From Somniosus microcephalus (Eukaryota): a DNA stretch of 64,000 nt. Within the stretch, counting starts at the first letter, position 1; the number at the start of each line of letters is the position of its first letter. The notes beneath the pieces were generated by a model. That model made no database searches and was not told where the DNA came from. It saw only the letters and a program-made list of their open reading frames with translations. The translations under genes were made by a program, and so were the position numbers. The stretch covers positions 249,736,001-249,800,000 of the forward strand of contig CM126207.1 in NCBI GenBank assembly GCA_052327205.1. The letters run 5' to 3'. This document shows positions 26,801 to 39,400 of the stretch, piece after piece.

Positions 26801-29800
26801 CACATACTATACGCGCGTTGTTTGAAATCGTACACATACCAAAATAAAATGAATAGTAACCTCAACCGTGAAAGAATCCTTTATTTTCATTCCTTATATT
26901 ACACATTTTTAGTGCCTTCATTTAGAAATAAATCCGTACATTAGGTGAATGTGAAAAATGTTAATCTAAATTCTACAAACCTAAGTGTCACGACAAGCAT
27001 GTATGCTGCATTGAGCATAACAAGACGAAAGGGGTTATTGACACTCTGTTGTCTCAAACCACTCTGAATACATTTCACATTTCATCAGTTTTGTCTTTCC
27101 TGCCACGGGTGAAGGCGATCGGAGCAGACACCCATTAGATTTTTCATACAATTTTTTCATGACACGTTGGCAGGATGATGGCAATTTTGAAATCTTACCA
27201 AATGAGAAAATGTCAAAAATTGAACTGACATCAATAGTCGTCAAGGAGACAGGCAATAAAAAAAAAAATAAAGCTTGCTTAATTCATAAGTAATCAACAT
27301 TTTTTTTTACAGCAGTAAGGAACATTAGAGCTTATTTTGGAAGAAAAGAATTCTATCTTTAATTAACAGAACACATCAAATTAACTGAGCTTTTCTTTGT
27401 TTCATTTCTATGTGAGAAGTGTGATTCTTCAGGGACTGTACATCCAAGCTCAATATTAACAGAAACACATAGTATAGGATACCAGACATTGCAGTTTTAA
27501 GTCAAGCAATTCTAAATTTGAGTGATGCTGTTTAAAAATGTGAAAAGAATTAAAAATAACCCCTGTATATTACCCTGGAAACAGTCTCTATTAAATAGAG
27601 GGGCAGTAATAAAAATAAAGACACAAATTTTGAACAGAAACACAATTAGCCGAACCCTTGAAAAAAAACTCATAAAAATGTATTGAAAACAGTTAATTTC
27701 TGATAGTCAAAAGCTGTATGAAGCTGTCTCTGTATTTAAACAAATAGTCTAATGTACGTATTGTCTATATGCATCTAAACATGCAACTACAAATCTTTCA
27801 AGGATAATAGTCAGAATGTTCCTTTGTTTGCATGAGTCAAATATAAAATCCCTCTGTATTTATTACTGTTTTAGAATTAAAACTAGAAACAAAGAACATT
27901 TACAATAGAGCAAACATGCCACTCCCTATACCAGGTTTAAAAAAATAAACAAATTACAAATATATCACTAGGTTCCAATAAAAACCATCCTTTGTCTAAA
28001 AAGCTGTCATTTTACACAATAGTGAGATACGTACAGCCTTAAAATCAAAGGATTTGATGAAGCAAAGATAGACTGCATTGCCATCTACAGGCATCAGAAT
28101 GCAAAAACAGCCATTTCAAATTATGAACTCAAGTCATCTAAAATCTAAATATTCTTTGCTTGAGAAACAAAGATGTGGGATGCATAGTTATTTATAATTA
28201 GTTGGTGTATACACACACATATAAATATATATATATGTGTTTTAGTCGTGCATTATGTTGTATGGCTCCAAGATTCCTTACTTAACAGAAATTGTGAATA
28301 GAACAGTGTAAATGGAGATTTCGTTTCTAGTTTAACGCTGTTTTTATTGGAAGTGCAAAGCTTGGTGTATATCATTGTTTCATAAATAAATTGACTTTGC
28401 AAATTCATTATTTAGCACAAATATTACATGCCCAATTCAAGCTCACTGATTCAACTGAAGAAACGGGATTGTGTTCATTAATTTTCAACATTCCTGGTGC
28501 TGAAATTCAGGGTTGGAACAATAATCAAATCCAAATTTCCAAAGGCATAGAAGTATCTTATAAATATATGTTAACTTTCAATGACAAAATCCAAGGTCAA
28601 CAGAGTTAAATAATTATACTGTAACTGAGGAAGCCAAGAAAGTTGCAGGAAGAGAAATCTGGAAGATATTCAGTTGGGGTTGGCTGAGCCAGACTAGTAG
28701 TCAGTATTAATTTCCTTTCAGTTATATTTACGTGGTACCATTTTTGTAGTCAAGAAAAGGCCTATCTTATGTTATTTCATGGTAATACAGAAATCATGTT
28801 CATGGAAAGGAGAGTGACTACTAGTGTGCAGGATGCCCTGAGTTTAATAAAACTCTAAAGCTACGATATACATTAATGATCCAGGAAGTCACTTCTTCTG
28901 CTACATCCATCATCTACAGCAGAAAATGAAGTCTTTGACAGCATTATGGAATTACTTCTGATCTTGTCAGTAATTTGTAGGTTATAATTAATATTATAAA
29001 AATCTGTGTGAAAACTGTGCACAGTAAGGATTGGTATTTTTTTTACACAGTCATATTAAAAGAAAATTACTGTACACTCCATAAATTGTTGATGGCTAAG
29101 GCCTACATGAACATGTACGAAGTATGTAAAGCTATGGAATAAAATTAAAAACGACTGTATGAATATATTTCAGGCAGCAACTATACTTAAATATACAATT
29201 AAATAAGATATTGGTTGAAATTGCAAGTTTTGTTAGTGCAAAGTTAATGATTGCTTGTTATTAGATTTATAAATAAGTAGAAAAGGTTTACATGCGAATA
29301 GTATGTGACATGTTACAAAGGACAGGGGCATCAGGTTTATTTAAATTGCCTCTGTTTTTTCTAGTGAATTATTCTTACTGCTATTTTCATGCATGTGTTT
29401 ACATTAATGCTCTCGCAGACATATGATTTGTCCACTAAACTGAATTGCCTGTTCACGCCATAACGTCGCACTTTCTGCAGTAGCTATCATGGTGTAATAT
29501 TAATGTTCAATTACCTGTTTTCAGTTTGTTCTGAATTTACAATAATAATGGATCTGCTCCCATGAGTGACCTATAATAAATAATTTTGTGGCACTTCCGG
29601 TCCTATTGTTAAAAGAGTAAAAATTAGAAAAATAATTAGCAATTTATGTTGTGGGAATTGCAGTTTAACTTGAAAAACTTTCCTCAAAGATAATGCAGAA
29701 ATCAGACTTTTAGATGAAGCAAATAAGGATTTTTGAGCCTGAAAAAAAACCCAACAAAATCTAGCATCTAAATTATTGACAAAATTATCAAAGCAAAACA

Positions 29801-32800
29801 TCTACATTATCTATGCTGGATATTCTGAAATACTGTTTATCGGTGTGCGAGGTACAGTACATAGAATTTACTAAAAATGATCAAGCCCTTTTGTTAGCAG
29901 GAATATTACAACTACGGAAATGGAACTGTATTGAAAATGTCACAAACTTAAATAATAGATGAAATTTATAAAAAATGTACAGGTGAATAATAATCTTTTG
30001 TTCATAAAAAGTCAATGTCTGGCATAGCCATTAAAAATAAGCAGCAGAAACCCTTTGCTTAGTGCTAACTTTCTAAAATACTCAAGGTTTCTGCGTTCAA
30101 GTCGCTGCTTCGTGTAGTCGTCCTTAACAATGGACAGCAAGCAGAGATATCCTGCATTGCTTTTATGTAGTGGCGTAAGTTGCTATTATGTTGTTGGTTT
30201 GTGTTAATTCAAATTTCTGATCTGCTTTTTAATTCTTAATTGTTCTTTTCATTATGTTTGCTGCATTTCCATAGGAAAATATGATTTTAAATGTCCATCG
30301 GCATATAGTCCCCCACGATGGGGGAAAAAAAGCTGTAAAATGTGTAGATTATGCTACTCATACCAATTGCTCAAGAAAAATATTCATCACATAACATTTT
30401 GTGTAAATACTGGGGTCTGGACTTGGGTTGAAAGAAACTATTTAACCAGTAATAGGCCTCAATTAACTCACTGCAGTCAAATCATTTATCCCAATAATGA
30501 GGCTCAGGTGTACCTATAACTTTAGCTGTTTATTGCTTTGCAACAGTGACATCGTGAATGAGATCACCTCTGCCGTGATAAACAATAAAGGTTTTTACAG
30601 AAATTTCTTCACATTTAAATATTGTGTTGTGTATAATGGCAATTCTATCTATAAATTATTTTTGTGAAAAAGGCTTCCTGATTACAGGAGCTCAAATCAG
30701 GTTACCACCGAGTACCAAATGCTAAATCTATAAATAAACTGGAAAAAAACACAAGAACTGATATGGGGAGTTTACAGCATAGGGTTGGATACAGAACAAT
30801 TGTTATCACCTTTGTGGTAAAGTGCCCACAGATTCATTATAGGGAAAAATTCTTTACAGCATTCCAACTGAAAAAGATATAACCAATCTAGTTTTAAGGG
30901 TAAACATACATGCAAACATTAAATCGATATTCCAAAATAAAGTCTTTAAATGAATAAAATACATGGTAGAAAGTATTTTACTACATTGTATTTTAGACAT
31001 CAAAATTGTCCATAATCAAAACCTGAAAGTAGAGGAGTACAAAGAAATAACTACCATGGATTTATGATTACTGAAAATCAATATCAGTTATTGATCAGTA
31101 AATTACTAATGAGATCAGATGAGTATTTTCTTTGGCATAGTATACATAACCCAATTGATGTAACACGTTTTTCATATTTATATCTCACATCAGTGTAATT
31201 TTTGTTTTCAGTAGCAGGGGAATGACTGATTAATTTTATAGTTAACCAATAACAAGCTGCAAACTTTAAAAAAAAAATAATCCTCTTCTGTTGAAAAACA
31301 ATGGAGATGAAGGATCATACAACTCCAGTGCATTTATTAATCCTACATCACTTTTAAAAGGCTGAAATATTGTGCTTCCACATTCTGATATGACCAGTGA
31401 AATTTTAAAAAAAAATCTAAAATTACTATCTGAAGTTCTGATAAAGACACACTCTCATCATCGACACCTCCGGGCAAGGCCATCTAATAGGGACAAATTG
31501 CCAATGACTGCCCAAGCAACTACCACAGACTGCTGATTTGTGGATTGATACTGATGTTTAATGATCCCCTTGGGTGGATCAATAGTAATAATCCTCTTTT
31601 CTGCCTTTCTTTCTTATTGGCACTACAGACTAGGGTTTCGGTGGGCACTCTGTAGCAATTGCAAGCTTACAGTGCTGTAAAGCAAACATTCTACAAGTTA
31701 AAACGCCAGGTAGAGAATAAACAGAATTTCATTGCTTTACACATTAGAAGTTTTAGTTTCCTTGATTTGTGATTAAGATTATATAAAAACTAATACATGT
31801 CTGGGATTAAATCCATGAAAAACAAAGCTTTCTCCTGTTTTTCTCAATTTGTCTGAATTGCTACACTGTTCAATAGTAGACTAGATTTTATTTTAGAAAA
31901 TTATTTTCATTTGAAAAACCGATTAAAAATTAAAATGTGAATTCTTGTAAATGAACAAAAATAACAGTTGATTCAACATTTACATTAAATTCTGTCAACT
32001 CTCAACAAATTTGCATATGTAGGATTGTGTAGAACCTTCACAGCATCAGGACTTCAATTGCAAACACACCTCTGTTTAAGTCACTCCTGACAGTATTGTT
32101 ACAATTTGGCTTTAGATTTGTAAAATATAAAAACGCTATAGATTTTCCTGTATCAATAAATAAAAATACCAATAATACAAATAGAAATATTTGTGTGTTA
32201 TATACTTAATTCAGCACCTTTTGTTCATATAAATACTGTTGCAGATTCTGTAAATTTCAGCAATAAATGTCTGATTGTCAGGCTGTGCTCCATGTTTAAT
32301 GATCATAAAATTCAATGCAAATAAAATCAGGTTTAAAAATGATGCTGAAGAAAAGGGAAAACAAATAAAACTGAAAAGTACTATCAATTAAAAAAAAAAT
32401 CAGCCCTAATAAAGAATGCATTCCGACAGCCCCTAGCAACTAATCAACCTTGTACAGTAAATCAAAAGCCCTCTCCCGCTTACTTGCATAAGCGATCACA
32501 TTCAATTCATTACATCATTATGTCATATCCATACTAATCTCTGCCCTCACACCTCCGTGGCTTTGACATGCAAATGAGCTAGAAAAGCGCACATTAAAAA
32601 ACACCGCAATCATGTCATGATTCTGAGCTTCAAGCCCCCCTCTGCACACAGGGCTTGTGATCAGAAGAAACAACAGCAATCTGTTGAGGATCAGACACTG
32701 AGGCAAGGAGGAGGGGAGATGGATACACACATACACGTGTCACAAACGCAGCCTGTGTGCCTACTTTGCATATTCACATGATTTCCATGCTCATCTGCTT

Positions 32801-32880
32801 TGGCAGTCAAGTACAAGTTTTTTAAAGTCTCGCACTATGAAGACATAAATAAAACGAGGAAAAGGGTAGACCTGCCTTAC

Positions 32881-32988
32881 CTCAGCTTGTTTGCCTTGTG
32901 CTCTTGCCTTGGAATTCCCTGTGGCTGCTTTGAATTTTGAGCTCCATCCTTCAAGGTTTTGCTTTCCCCTCCTCTCCCTGAGTTGTGA
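32881..32988 (-). other. Candidate 108-nt internal exon of an unidentified minus-strand transcript
   Basis: Acceptor TCTTTTTATTTTTTTATATACCAG, donor GAG|GTAAGG; purine-rich body; two stop-free frames; no protein recognised. Confidence 0.5.
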
Positions 32989-33885
32989 CTGGTATATAAA
33001 AAAATAAAAAGACAACTACATGTTAAGCCAGCAGGCAAGACATCATGAAGCCTTGGATAGGGGGAGGGAAGAGAGGAGGGGTGGGTCACAGTTAAACGCT
33101 TTACAAAGGGAAACCTGAAGGCTTTCACAACTTGTAAGAGTCACTTTTCCAGACGTTGCTCTGAGGAGTTGGTGGTTTGGGGCTGGAACCACAATGCAAA
33201 CATGTGCCTGGGGTTAAAAAATTGAAAGCAAAAATCTTAAATATATATTCAAAATCGGGATCGCTAGGTACAAAAATAACGAAATAAATAAATAATCTAT
33301 GGCACAAATTCAGACAAAAATGCCACTTAAAGAGGTACACTTTGGATTGATCGAACATCTTTAAGTAAAAGGTAATTTTAATCACATGTCTGCAGACTCT
33401 CTCTCTTCTGTGCAACTGAATTTGATGAAAACATTTATGACAGGGGCCATAGCTGCAACAGAAAACCATAACTAGAAAAAAAATGCATTCTTATGTTTTA
33501 AAAAGAGAATAAATTCAGTTTCAAATGATAAGATGTAATTCTGAAACAAAATATCCAAGGGATGATAAATTACTCTTTTTTTTAAAGAAGTCAGCCATAT
33601 TGAAAGTAAGCCAAATAAAAGAAAACCTTTTGTCAGTTTAAGAAAAAATAAATAAACCGGTGGAAAAACTTGGTGTCATTTGCCCAAAATGTACAAACAA
33701 ATGCTTAATAGTTTTAAATTTCACACAAATTTAAGAAGCGGCGGTGGAGAAATAAGAAACAGAGATAAGCTGATGCCCTTTTTTCTTTCCCTGTTGATGT
33801 ACTTCTTTTATCTACTGTGCCCTGAACAGGATCACATGGTGCTGCAGATACAGAGCAGGGGGGGGGGTGGAGAAAGAGAGAGGAA

Positions 33886-33888
<3 letters not shown>

Positions 33889-33936
<48 letters not shown>
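33889..33936. repeat. (AC)24 microsatellite
   Basis: Direct reading. Confidence 0.97.
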
Positions 33937-33939
<3 letters not shown>

Positions 33940-36174
33940 GAAAAAAAGACAAAATTTGCATGCTGGACTGATCTGACAGAATCTTCAGCTTGCTTTCCCT
34001 GGTTTTAGCCTGAAGACGCATGACCCTGCTGTGGCGAGCAGCAGCCGTGGAGGTGACCCCATGCTAACCAGCCTGTTAGAACTAATAAGGTACACCCATA
34101 AGCGACACCACTGACATTACGCTCTCCTGCAGAATTTGTCTATTTGTGCACTAGTGGGATCTAAATTTGCTGTTTCTCGCAGTATTATGTATCATTACAC
34201 TTCCAAGACAATTTTGGTTATTTCAGACACTTACAAATACACTGCTGCGGGATAATTTATCAATAGCATCAAAGAGAGAGATTGCAAATGGCTGGCTGAA
34301 ATGGAGGACAGTCCAAAGATGTTCTGAGATAATTTTAATTCTTCTAATTTCAACACAAATGGTTTCAGGACAGCAGTTTCTCCTCTGACAGCATGTCAGC
34401 AACCATTTACATTATTTTTATTTCTCTCTCTCTCCCCTCGCTCTGCTGAAATCCTCCATTTTGTGATCACTTGTGATCATCGCAGCTTCCTATTTGCATG
34501 CTACGAGATGGTGGCAAGCAGGGGGAAGAAAAAGACAGTATGAGGAGTGAATGTCAAAGCCCACTTCTGGCATTTGCTCATTTAAATTCAATCATGCAAC
34601 CTTGCAGGAGCTGAAAAATAGATGGCCTGCATTATGAATTTCTGATCAGCAGACTGATAGGTTATGAGAGAGGACAGTAATCCTATTGAACAGCCTTTTT
34701 CCAAGCTAGGGCATGAGACAGCTGCCCTTCAGAGATTGTTATTTTTTCTTACCCTCCTATTATTTTAGCATTTTCCCCCATATTTTACTGAATGTGACAT
34801 GAATTATAGCCGCTTATATTTGCATCTGAAGCTTCATTGATGTGCCGGCATTAATCATGAACACCATTTTAAAATTAACTACATGCCTTTTTTTGTTTAC
34901 ACTTTAAAAGCTCAATATATTTCAAACTCAACTATTCTTTATGGGTCTTATTGCTAAAGATAAGAAAACAAGTACTGATAAATGCTAATGCATGTTTGAA
35001 GATTCATTTAATTTGAATCATATTTTTAAAAAAGCCAACAACACAAATTCCTAAAAATGTGATCAAAATGTATATTATTTCAACAAACTTAGCAGTAAGC
35101 ATAAAAATGAGGGGAAAAAAGAAAAATTAAGTACTAGTTAGGAAATAATATTTCTCTTGTTTAATATGTAGCATGATGTTGCAAGCATACTCTTAAATCT
35201 AAGCGCTAAGCTTTGCCTATTCAGTGCTTCTTACTTATATTCTGCTATTAGACAAAGGATTAAGGCAAATCTATAAATCCTAAAACACACAAATAAAGTA
35301 GATTAAAATGCAAAAAGCTATAAAGACATTAATGGAAAACAGAAATATTTCAATCAAATAATCTTTTTCATCGCTAGGAACAAAGTAAAATGCATTAAAT
35401 TAAAAATAAATGATAGTCATGGCTTAGGATATTTTTAATATAAATAATGAAATCAGTCACCATGCAGTTGTCTTCTCTTTCTATTACACTTGATAATGGC
35501 ATATCTTTGGGATTTTGCAGTTTAAAATATTTAAAACCATTTTTTAAAAAATATATCATTTAAATCTCTGTCAACTCTGTAGAAAATGCCACATCATGCG
35601 AATAAAATCTGGTCAAGCCAATAATTATTTATGGTATTTGCAAGATATAAATGAAGGAAGTGTTCCACAGACGTATGCGTCAGCACAACTCTATTTTGGC
35701 CTTGGTACTACCGCAAATGGAGGGTTTGGGCCAGTCAGAATGACCACGAGATTCCCCTCCCAATGTTGCTGTAAATACAGAGGGTGAGTCATCTGCCATC
35801 ATACTTTGGCCCCTGTTTTCACTCTCCGGTTGAGTAGAAATACAGCTATTGGAGAAAAGCAAGCTTATTGCATCTCTGGGCTTCAAAGTGGAAAAATATG
35901 TTGAAATATTTCTGAATGGATCTCCCTCCTCAGCATGACCAGGAACAATGTGGGTTTCTTAAAAAATATCATGGTTTTACAAACTGTTATTTGATGCAGA
36001 CACAAGTGAATAGATATTAGAAACATGACAATGTAACATGCAAATAAATAGGTACTTATAAAACTCGCTCTTTGTTCTTTCTTGTATTTCATTCATGTCC
36101 TGAATGTTTGTTGATAAATGATGCTTTTCTTTCTGTGCCAATTTTCTTCACACCCGCTAGGAGGGAGATTACTG

Positions 36175-36470
36175 CTTGCAGGGGCCTGGGTCCACAGGCT
36201 CTGATTGCCCTCTGGTATCTTGGCCTAGTGGCCTTTAATTCATGTGTGAGAACAGACAGTGAATGGCGGATGGCTATTTGGTCATGGGAGGCATCACAAG
36301 CAAGCCTGATCCTGTCATCACCTGACATTCACACATGCACTCTTCCAGCAGGGGTCCAACATGGATAAGTGGCAAGTAGTGGAAACTCTGGCAATTTTTC
36401 ACTCGTTAACAGAGAAATGCTGGAGCCAATTGCAATACCCTCCTGCTGCCTCCAGTGAGATTATTCTCCC
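36175..36470 (-). mobile_element. Ancient interspersed repeat (SINE-like), same family as 49665-49935
   Basis: Reverse complement shares CCCCTGCTGGAAG...TGTG...GACAGGATCAGGCT...AATAGCC...CACTG...GGCCAAGATACCAGA with the 49.7 kb copy. Confidence 0.6.
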
Positions 36471-39400
36471 TGGGTAGGTTTGACAAGGCATTTTTTAAAA
36501 ACCTCATCTTTTCGTTAGGGGGGTGAGCAACATTCCTAAGGACATTTAGCTACTTATCTTGTACCCTGTGCCTTACATCATACTTTCTGAGACAAATGAG
36601 AACATAGCCATAAATGCAGAGCATAAGTTCTGTACTTGCTCATTACCATATACTAAAACGAGTGGCATAGGGTGGGGTCATATCGAAGGAATACTATTTC
36701 TGCTATCTAGTTGGACATGTTTTACATTTGACAGAAGGTCAATGGTTTCTTAAACATATTTGATTTTCTCTTGATTGTTACATTCCTGTTAACTGCACTA
36801 TTTTATTCAGAACAGAGGATGTGCATTACACAGGGAGATATTGCCATAACACATCCAAACTCTTTCAGAATATTTAATTCAGTGCAACGCAGCATTGAAT
36901 TTAGGTGAATCCACTTAATTTGACACATCAACATGCAATAAGGTTTTGCTGAGCAAAACTTGGTGCGCTAGCTGCCATCAGAAGCATGTACTATAGCACT
37001 GTAGCCATGTCTGCACTCCATATTTCAAAATTTAAATGCTGCACAAATCGGCAGAGGACAAGATATGAAGAACTTTCACAATCTTCGGCCCAGTGCACAA
37101 ATGAAGTAATTTTGTCTCAGCTCAGCTGGGATTTTAAGTGGTTGAGGGATGCTGGTGTTAACAGTCAGAGCATCATTACACTTGCAGGCACTGCACTAAA
37201 CCTTACACCGGGAGACTACTTGATAGCATGCATCTTTCTTAACAAGATGCAAAATAAGAAACACATTTGCCTATTATTAAACCCCACTCATAAGTGGTTG
37301 CAGGGATCCTTTTTTGCTAAATATTGGGAGGACCCTGGGGGATTGCTGTATGGTAACTAGAGATGAATTTCAGACAGGGAGCCTTTTAAACCAGCAGTGA
37401 AGGAATCTGAAGCATCAGACCATGAACATCAGTTTTAAATGCTTTTTCCTTGCCAAAGGAGTAAACACTTAGTAAAAGAGGGGGGAAAAAACGAGAGCGC
37501 TGACACGGATTGGCTAAATACACTGGATGGATTGAGGACATTAAGCACTGTTTCAAATCTGGCAGTGCATTAAAGGCTTACACTTCTTTTAAGATGGCAC
37601 ACAAGTCCACTTTATGCAATATGGAAAAGATTAAGGATATTAATTCATCTACCACCTAATCAATTATAGGTTATGTACTGGACTTCTGTTTCTACACAGT
37701 ATTCATCATCAAATTTACACTGGCCCTGTCTGTGTTGTTCCACAGAATTCTAATACACTGGCACATGAGGTGCACAATAGTAATATGATATATTTAGAAA
37801 GGTTTCTTACACTGCTAAAGCTCGCAAGCAGTCCATCTTATCTTGGTACTGCTTAAGCACCTTTTCTTTGACATGGTTGATTACTGAAGCACTTTGGAAC
37901 CACTTTAGAATCTTTGCGCCAACTAAGTAAAACAAAACTACAGATTGCCGACAATCTACGTGGTAATTTAACACATTTCTCACCAATTTCCTAAAATCCA
38001 CTAACTGGGCATAAATCTAGAGTATATTGCAACGGCAACACAAGCAATTTATTCATTCCAGGTGTGTGGCTGTTTTATTTATGGCTCAGCATCTTTTCTG
38101 TCTGGGACTTCAACATGAGAAATTCTACTTTGTAGCCAGCTGCATACGATTGTTGTGAACCATTACACTGTGTATGAAAATCCTTCTGTGTGACAACACA
38201 ATCATTTTACCTCTGCAAGTAGCCTGTGTGCTGCCCATGGTTCCAATGCTCATCACTGTAACCTTTTTATCCCTCTGAACTCGAGAAAAGAAGTTTTCTA
38301 TTAGGAACAAAATAGAACCCATTCAGGGTTATTTCGACATCAACTAAATTTTATACTTACATCTATATTCACCCACATGCTCTAAGGCTGATCTGTGCAC
38401 TGGTGAAAATAGAGTTAGCTTCCCTAAAACTAGTTTTATTTTAATGATCCTAGCCAATTATGTTCTCATGAATCACACGTATACCTGCTCACTATTTAGA
38501 TACTGACAAACTTAACATGCATACAGTATTTTTATGAAGGTAATTATTTGTCCATTTTGACATACTGTAGTCCAAAATTCTGCTTAACCAGATACTTCAT
38601 CCATTTCAACAATAATGTTGCCAAGGATTTGGGAAAGGAAACATCTGACATGATATTTCTTCAAGGTTATTTTTTGATTATATTCACAATATGATTGGGC
38701 AGGCACGCCAGGAAAAAAAAAACAGCAAATTCTTTGGCACTTTTTGTTATTTGTCTTTTAATTTAAATGGTTCTTTTCAGTGGCTTCCAGAATACGAAGC
38801 AACTTTAATTTAAACCATAGTTATTAAGATAATTACCATATAATACATATTTATAGTGATTCTATCTACTTTTAGCATCAATTTAGGTTGCCTTAAAAAA
38901 TCCATAGACCCTAAAATGCCTTTTTAAAGTGTTTTTGCTAGTGTCTGGGTGACACATTTACCATAGTAATCAGATGGAATAATCACTTCTAGCTAACACC
39001 TTAACTGCAAGATCAAGCCTAAAAATCCTATTTTTGCGCATAAATATTCTACATTAACACACAAAGTCACTAATGCCTTGTAATGTACAGTTGAGTCACT
39101 ATACTCTCTGAAATTCACATACATTTGTCTCATAAGCATGTAGTAGTTATGTTGTTTCAATCAATGTGCTTCAAAATAATAGCTACCGCATAACTACTCC
39201 TGATGGTAAGTATAAAATATTAAGGACTGTTGAAATATATGATAATGAGATTTGGCCATATTCTCTATAATACTAGCTACTGAAAGATGGCAGTAAACTC
39301 ATTAAATTACAATATGTATGATATGAAGTTTAAACTGAAAAATACAAACAAAAATTATAGTCATTGTATTAGACAGAAAGAACAGCACTAATGCTTTTTT

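Larger units (their letters stand above)
32000..36050. promoter_or_regulatory. Candidate enhancer/promoter block with clustered POU octamers and an RFX X-box half-site
   Basis: ATGCAAAT/ATTTGCAT at 32009, 32568, 33954, 34492, 34818, 36038; CCCTAGCAAC at 32431-32440; TE-free, locally GC-richer unique sequence. Confidence 0.45.

Noticed and set aside
32993-33000. Plus-strand TATA box TATATAAA
   Set aside because: Better explained as the pyrimidine tract of the minus-strand acceptor; no independent support
33680-34021. ORFs with HTHT or CVCV repeats
   Set aside because: Translation of the (AC)24 microsatellite
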